The position numbers were made by a program, and so were the translations under genes. A DNA stretch of 64,000 nt from positions 79,980,001-80,044,000 of the forward strand of contig OZ024743.1 in the NCBI GenBank assembly GCA_964016885.1, written 5' to 3'. This stretch comes from Eledone cirrhosa. Taxonomy: Eukaryota. Shown piece by piece: positions 56,725 to 64,000 of the stretch. The notes under the pieces were generated by a model, which saw only the letters and a program-made list of their open reading frames with translations, had not been told where the DNA came from and did not search any database. Numbering within the stretch: the stretch's first letter is position 1; each line of letters opens with the position of its first letter.

Positions 56725-56905
56725 CGAAGGAAGTGTGATAAGGAACAAGGTGGACCATAACACACCAGAGTACTTAATACTTTGGGTAGTAGAGTGGTTA
56801 ATTGGAAAATGTTCAAGGCCCCGACCGCAAAGCTCAAGCCGTTTCGACGGGTATTTCTGGACCGGTCGTCAGATAGATCTCTATCTGACGACCGATCCAG
56901 ACACC
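56722..56905 (-). mobile_element. Hairpin-plus-tail family member that retains both hammerhead halves
   Basis: Minus strand CTGACGA-CCGG..CCCGTC-GAAA-CGGCTTGAGCTTTGCGG-TC-GGGG followed by the family tail; foldback apex at about 56880. Confidence 0.7.
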
Positions 56906-57134
56906 TATATTATTATCGTCTGTAACCCAGAAACTTTTAGTAATGGAGTAGTTATATTTTGTGTTGTTCATTTCTAATTAAATATATAATAAAGAACGAG
57001 CATTCAGTGTTGTATCATATCATATGTATTAACATATATGTATATATATATATATACTCTCCTTACTATCCTTGCTTTTTAATTTTTCCTTGCGCCCCTG
57101 TTCTCATTGTATTTGTGTATAAACACGTACATAG

Positions 57135-57560
57135 ATACAAGGAGAAAGGGAGAGCAAGGATAAAAAGAAAGCAAGGAGAGCAAGGAGAAATGGAGAAAAG
57201 GAGAGCAAGGAGAGCAATGAGAAAAGGAGAGTAAGGAGAAAAGGCGAATAAGGTGATAAGGAGAGAAAATACAATAATGAGAAAAGGAGAGCAAGGAGGG
57301 CAGTGAGAAAACGAGAGTAAGGGGGAAAAGAGAGCAATGAGAAAAGGAGAGCAAGGAGAACAAGGAGAGAAAGGATAAAAGGAAAGCAATGAGAAAAGGA
57401 GAGCAAGGAGAAAGAGAGAGCAAGGAGAGCAATGATAAAAGGAGAGCAATGAGAAAAGGAGAGTAAGGAGAAAGGAGAGCAATGAGAAAAGGAGAGCAAA
57501 GAGAGAAAGAGAGCAAGGAGAGCAATGAGAAAGGGAGAGCAAAGAGAGCGAGGAGAGTTT
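57135..57560. repeat. Purine-rich degenerate tandem repeat (AAGGAGAGCAATGAGAA-like)
   Basis: Direct reading. Confidence 0.9.
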
Positions 57561-57569
57561 AATGCAAAT

Positions 57570-58429
57570 ATTGCTCAAGTTATGCTGGAAGCAGACAAAG
57601 GTGAAAAAATCAACTGAAGCGATACATTCGCCACGAAAATGACTTTTCTTCCTTTACAAACATCGAGTTTCCGTCTTTTGTAACTCCTGGTACAAAAACT
57701 TTCTTCACGAGATTTTCTATCAGCACCGATTTCCTCGACAAAGACCCTTCAACATGGAAGGATGATCCTGGTTACAAAAGTGGACTTGAAAAACTTGAGA
57801 AGACAGTTGTGAATGATGTTGCAGAAAGAGGTGTCAAACTCATTCAGGATTACAATAACATTCTCACAAAAGATGAAACTGAGAAACAATTTTTTTACAG
57901 ATCGTTACTGAAAACCGTAAACCCTACCCAACTGCCAATAAATCCTCTCTAATGTTCAATATTCAGTGTTCAGTGTTCACATTAGTGCTCACATTATGTT
58001 TTTGATTCTATAGAAATTATTGTAAATAAAAAATGCGTTTCCTTTAGAGAAGTTGTGTGCTTTATTAAGAAAACCTAATATTTCTTAAGTTTTTCATGTT
58101 ATTTCAGGAATTTTTCAAATTAACTATTTGTAAATTTGATTCAGAACGTTTTTAAACATTTACTGGGGTTGCCTGGATGTGTCCACATAAATTTCTCTAA
58201 AAATAAAAAAGAAAATGGTCGAGATAGGGAACAGTATACCGCTTTTGAACAGAATTAATCGTTGCGTATACTATGTTCCAACTTCAAGGTGTATGGGGGT
58301 CGCCTAACAATTGTTCGATTTAGCTGAAATTTTGCACACTCCATAATTTTGTTTATTGAAATATGACTAAGGGGTGGGAGCCGCAAAATGTTAACTTTCG
58401 GAAAATTACCATTGATAAGGGCCACCCTA
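57570..58429 (+). mobile_element. hAT-superfamily (hATm-like) DNA transposon, right-hand part with transposase C-terminus and TIR
   Basis: FLDKDPSTWKDDPGY..VVNDVAERGVKLIQDYNNILTKDETEKQF (about 57661-57955); terminus reads TAGGGTGGCCC on the minus strand. Confidence 0.7.
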
Positions 58430-58450
58430 GTATAAAAAAAAAATATATAT

Positions 58451-59155
58451 ATAAGTATGTATACGTACATACATATACGTATACAGACGTACAGAAGTAT
58501 GTATATATATACATACATGCACACATAAATATATATGTATGTATGGGTTTACCGAACATTTATTATAATGCTCGGTTTGTTTGTAAACAAACATCCCGAA
58601 TTAAGCCGTACAGTGTTTAGCAATCATCGTTGCCCTTTTGCTCAACACTGACAAAGGAACGATGTACTAGTTTCAAGCTTATTAGCTATCGTCAGCACCG
58701 TAGACCTTCCTGCCAGATGATTGAATGTCTGAAAGTATATACTTTCCTTATGCATATTAACGGCTGAGCAGCCTAATTTGCATATCGAGTGAGTTAATTG
58801 GCCGGACGCACCGAAAACGATAAATGGAAAAAATGAAACGAAATTTCATTTCTCACTCTTAGTACGGCTGTTAGTTAAATATAAGTATGTATACGTACAT
58901 ACATATATGTATACAGACGTACAGTAGTATGTATATATATACATACATGCACACATATATATATGTACGTATGGATTTACCGAACATTTATTATAATGCT
59001 CGGTTTGTTTGTAAACAAACATCCCGAATTAAGCCGTACCGTGTTCGGCAACCATCGTTGCCGTTTTGTTCAACACTGACAAAGGAGCGATGTACTAGTT
59101 TCAAGCTTATTAGCACCGTATGCCTTCCTGCCAGATGATTGAACGTCTGAAAGTA
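58451..59155 (-). mobile_element. Retrozyme-like tandem array, about 1.6 units of 430 bp; hammerhead 58659-58701 intact, second copy with its core deleted
   Basis: ATAAGTATGTATACGTAC at 58451 and 58881; minus ACGGTG-CTGACGA-TAGCTAATAAGCTT-GAAA-CTAG-TA-CATCGT; octamer ATTTGCAT at 58776-58783. Confidence 0.82.
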
Positions 59156-59500
59156 TAAGGAGATAAGTATAAGACAGATAAGGAGCCGAAATACAAATAA
59201 AATATAGAGTTATTAATTCATATAGATACCCTGCAATTAACAAGCTCAAAGTATAAATACTGAGCATTATAATATTAATATGTGTAGAAGTAAACACAGT
59301 AAACCCGTGTCTAAAATTACTAGGGTAGATTACACCACAAATGTTATATATCATTCAACCTGATTCATATGGGAAGTTACAAGATTTCACATACATACCT
59401 AATCAATAATCATTTCATCTCCCGGACAGACTAAAGATTTAATCTGTTTCGCCCTGAATGAATCGTGATTGTAACAAGTAATCCGTAGGCATTTGTATTT

Positions 59501-59530
<30 letters not shown>

Positions 59531-59533
<3 letters not shown>

Positions 59534-59729
59534 GGAGCGAGTAGGACCCCGACGGCTGAGATCAAGCCGTTTCGACGGCTAATTCTGGACTCAGTCCAGA
59601 ATTAGCCGTCGAAACGGCTTGAGCTCAGCCGTCGGGGTCCTACTTGTTCCTATTACCCACTCTACTACCCTAAGTATTGAGTACTTTGGTGCGTTATGGT
59701 CCATCTGGTTCCTTACCACATTTCCTTCG

Positions 59730-59731
<2 letters not shown>
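59531..59731 (+). mobile_element. Hairpin-plus-tail mini-element in (TA)n, near-identical to 7019-7219
   Basis: 61-bp arms with the same apex CTGGACT-C-AGTCCAG and the same tail. Confidence 0.9.
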
Positions 59732-59765
<34 letters not shown>

Positions 59766-60556
59766 CAGGCATGTCTGAATTAACAAATTATTTGCAGAAA
59801 GAAACCAAAGAAAATATTATATATTAATTTATTTGTCTGTTTGTTTTTAACCTTTGTTTTGTTATTGTTTCCTCCAGCCTCTGAACAATGGAACAGTGTA
59901 AGAGTTTTTTTGTTGAGAGGATTAGAAGACATATACACATACACAGAGAGACACACACGTTTATACACACACATATATTCATGCATAGATAGACACACAC
60001 AAACATATGCATTTATACGCACACTCACACACACATGTGGACAACTACAAACACACACATACATGCCTGCATAGATAGAGACATAAACATACACATGTAT
60101 AAACGCGCACACACACTCACACAGACACATTCACGAAGATACGCATCTATACATTCACATACACACAAACACACATGCATGCATAGATAGATGGACATAC
60201 TCAAACATACGAACGCACACACACATATATGCATACAAACATATACTCACACACATATATACAAAGATATATACACACATATATACATACATATACATAC
60301 ACACGTATTCACTCGCACTCAAACATCCTACATGCACGTATATACATATACGCACGTATATGCGCGTATATACATATACCCTCATAAGGAGACACACATA
60401 CATACACACACCCAGATTTATAGAAAGGTTAGTTTATATGGAAGGCGGCATTAAATTACAAACCTATCCAAATTTACTCTTGCAAGAAACATCATAAAAT
60501 ATCATTGTGGTGTTCCATACTTAGAATATATAACACTAAACATCTAAATTGATAAT

Positions 60557-60744
60557 TGTTTCTACTTTTTACACAAGGCCAGCAATTATCTCAGTGCATT
60601 ACTGGTACTTTATTTTATCGACCCCGTAAGGAAGAAAGGCAAAGTTAACCTCGGCGGGATTTGAACTCAGATCATAAAGGGCCGTAACTCTCTGCTGCAA
60701 AGCATGGCGTCCGCCCCGCTACCGATACTGCCAATACGACCCTG
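60557..60744 (-). mobile_element. tRNA-derived SINE family A, full length, with TSD
   Basis: A-box TGGCAGTATCGGT, B-box GTTCAAATCC; TSD AATTGATAAT at 60547 and 60745. Confidence 0.9.
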
Positions 60745-61299
60745 AATTGATAATGTTGTAATTGTTGTTCTTGTTTGGTGGTGGTGTAGGTTGAAATGTG
60801 AGTCGTGGAACCTTTTGAGGTCCCAACGACGAATGTGTCAGATGTTTCATCAACAGATACAACCTGTTTGTGGAATTACCCTGTACGAATTCCAAAGACA
60901 CTAACACCCCTAACGTAGTTTAGCAGGGGATTCAGCATGAATCAGAGTGTGACAAGATATTTTAAGGGACAGGGTACTGTCAAAGGAATCTACCCCGTTT
61001 ATTATCACTGGCTATACAGTCTAGTAAATCACATCTGTCAATGACCTGGGGACCCTTGACTGCAGTTGACCGTAGAGAAATGGCGTCAACATCTTTGTGA
61101 AACCATCTTTTATTCATAGTGAAATAGTCACTGAGAGTTTAAGTCTAGATACCCTTAGAAAGACGGGTGGGAGTGTTAAATACTGCAGTTGGTCGACATA
61201 CAACTGCCCCACAGTCTGGTCTTGGGACAGAATTAGAAAACATTATTTATTCATGCAAGAAGAAATATTTGTCAAATTTGAATTGATTCTGTTTTTGTA

Positions 61300-64000
61300 A
61301 CTGGAAATATACAGATGACAGAATCTAGTGTGACACTCTACCTCCCTACACTGGGAATATAGAGATGACAGAATCTAGTGTGACACTCTACCTCCCTACA
61401 TTGGGAATATAGAGATGACAGAATCTAGTGTGACACTCTACCTCCACTGGGAATATAGAGATGACAGAATCTAGTGTGACACTCTACCTACACTGGGAAT
61501 ATAGAGATGACAGAATCTAGTGTGACACTCTACCTACACTGGGAATATAGAGATGACAGAATCTAGTGTGACACTCTACCTCCTAACACTGGGAATATAG
61601 AGATGACAGAATCTAGTGTGACACTCTACCTACACTGGGAATATAGAGATGACAGAATCTAGTGTGACACTCTACCTCCCAACACTGGGAATATAGAGAT
61701 GACAGAATCTAGTGTGACACTCTACCTACACTGGGAATATAGAGATGACAGAATCTAGTGTGACACTCTACCTACACTGGGAATATAGAGATGACAGAAT
61801 CTAGTGTGACACTCTACCTACACTGGGAATATAGAGATGACAGAATCTAGTGTGACACTCTACCTCCCTACACTGGGAATATAGAGATGACAGAATCTAG
61901 TGTGACATTCTACCTCCCTACACTGGGAATATAGAGATGACAGAATCTAGTGTGACACTCTACCTCCACTGGGAATATAGAGATGACAGAATCTAGTGTG
62001 ACACTCTACCTACACTGGGAATATAGAGATGACAGAATCTAGTGTGACACTCTACCTACACTGGGAATATAGAGATGACAGAATCTAGTGTGACACTCTA
62101 CCTACACTGGGAATATAGAGATGACAGAATCTAGTGTGACACTCTACCTACACTGGGAATATAGAGATGACAGAATCTAGTGTGACACTCTACCTCCCAA
62201 CACTGGGAATATAGCGATGACAGAATCTAGTGTGACACTCTACCTACACTAGGAATATAGAGATGACAGAATCTAGTGTGACATTCTACCTACACTGGGA
62301 ATATAGAGATGACAGAATCTAGTGTGACACTCTACCTACCTACACTGGGAATATAGAGATGACAGAATCTAGTGTGACATTCTACCTACACTGGGAATAT
62401 AGAGATGACAGAATCTAGTGTGACACTCTACCTACATTGGGAATATAGAGATGACAGAATCTAGTGTGACACTCTACCTACCTACACTGGGAATATAGAG
62501 ATGACAGAATCTAGTGTGACACTCTACCTCCCTACACTGGAAATATAGAGATGACAGAATCTAGTGTGACACTCTAGCTACACTGGGAATATAGAGATGA
62601 CAGAATCTAGTGTGACACTCTACCTACACTGGGAATATAGAGATGACAGAATCTAGTGTGACACTCTACCTACACTGGGAATATAGAGATGACAGAATCT
62701 AGTGTGACACTCTACCTCCCTACACTGGGAATATAGAGAAGACAGAATCTAGTGTGACACTCTACCTACACTGGGAATATAGAGATGAAAGAATCTAGTG
62801 TGACACTCTACCTACACTGGGAATATAGAGATGACAGAATCTAGTGTGACACTCTACCTACCTACACTGGGAATATAAAGATGACAGAATCTAGTGTGAC
62901 ACTCTACCTACACTGGGAATATAGAGATGACAGAATCTAGTGTGACACTCTACCTACACTGGGAATATAGAGATGACAGAATCTAGTGTGACACTCTACC
63001 TACACTGGGAATATAGAGATGACAGAATCTAGTGTGACACTCTACCTACACTGGGAATATAGAGATGACAGAATCTAGTGTGACACTCTACCTACACTGG
63101 GAATATAGAGATGACAGAATCTAGTGTGACACTCTACCTACATTGGGAATATAGAGATGACAGAATCTAGTGTGACACTCTACCTACACTGGGAATATAG
63201 AGATGACAGAATCTAGTGTGACACTCTACCTCCCTACACTGGGAATATAAAGATGACAGAATCTAGTGTGACACTCTACCTACACTGGGAATATAGAGAT
63301 GACAGAATCTAGTGTGAAACTCTACCTACACTGGGAATATAGAGATGACAGAATCTAGTGTGACACTCTACCTACACTGGGAATATAGAGATGACAGAAT
63401 CTAGTGTGACACTCTACCTACACTGGGAATATAGAGATGACAGAATCTAGTGTGACACTCTACCTACACTGGGAATATAGAGATGACAGAATCTAGTGTG
63501 AAACTCTACCTACACTGGGAATATAGAGATGACAGAATCTAGTGTGACACTCTACCTACACTGGGAATATAGAGATGACAGAATCTAGTGTGACACTCTA
63601 CCTACACTGGGAATATAGAGATGACAGAATCTAGTGTGACACTCTACCTACACTTGGAATATAGAGATGACAGAATCTAGTGTGACACTCTACCTACATT
63701 GGGAATATAGAGATGACAGAATCTAGTGTGACACTCTACCTACACTGGGAATATAGAGATGACAGAATCTAGTGTGACATTCTACCTACACTGGGAATAT
63801 AGAGATGACAGAATCTAGTGTGACACTCTACCTACACTGGGAATATAGAGATGACAGAATCTAGTGTGACACTCTACTTACACTGGGAATATAGAGATGA
63901 CAGAATCTAGTGTGACACTCTACCTCCCTACACTGGGAATATAGAGAAGACAGAATCTAGTGTGACACTCTACCTACACTGGGAATATAGAGATGAAAGA
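61300..64000. repeat. Satellite/minisatellite array, 46-bp unit with 50-bp variants, running off the window
   Basis: CTACACTGGGAATATAGAGATGACAGAATCTAGTGTGACACTCTAC repeated more than 50 times. Confidence 0.98.

Noticed and set aside
61300-64000. CRISPR array
   Set aside because: Units are head-to-tail with no unique spacers, there are no cas genes, and the context is eukaryotic.

Overview
Gene-poor, AT-rich, microsatellite-saturated eukaryotic (animal) DNA, most likely from an octopus or other coleoid cephalopod (inference from the repeat landscape and tRNA-headed SINE families). No host gene can be supported, and almost all ORF-track entries are microsatellite artefacts. The window is a nested pile of mobile elements: the 5' part of a young Tx1/L1-clade LINE (1-3422, minus strand; ORF1 with one nonsense codon, ORF2 open to the window edge); at least six Penelope-like element (PLE) fragments (RT and GIY-YIG remnants, inverted pseudo-LTRs) sitting in (TA)n tracts and carrying minimal hammerhead ribozymes (HHRs); two Helitrons; a hATm-like transposon end; CRE-, CR1- and RTE-type LINE fragments; tRNA-derived SINEs with target-site duplications; and a 46-bp satellite at the right edge. 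Two observations stand out. (1) Two diverged (TA)n-flanked elements (about 4088-4190 and 10128-10229) contain all hammerhead catalytic nucleotides in a strand order that fits none of types I/II/III. They fold as a multiply pseudoknotted hammerhead with a kink-turn on stem III and a four-way junction replacing stem II, supported by several compensatory base changes. (2) A non-coding ~430-bp tandem, circularly permuted unit carries an HHR and an ATGCAAAT octamer and looks retrozyme-like. All structures were read by eye and none was computed.
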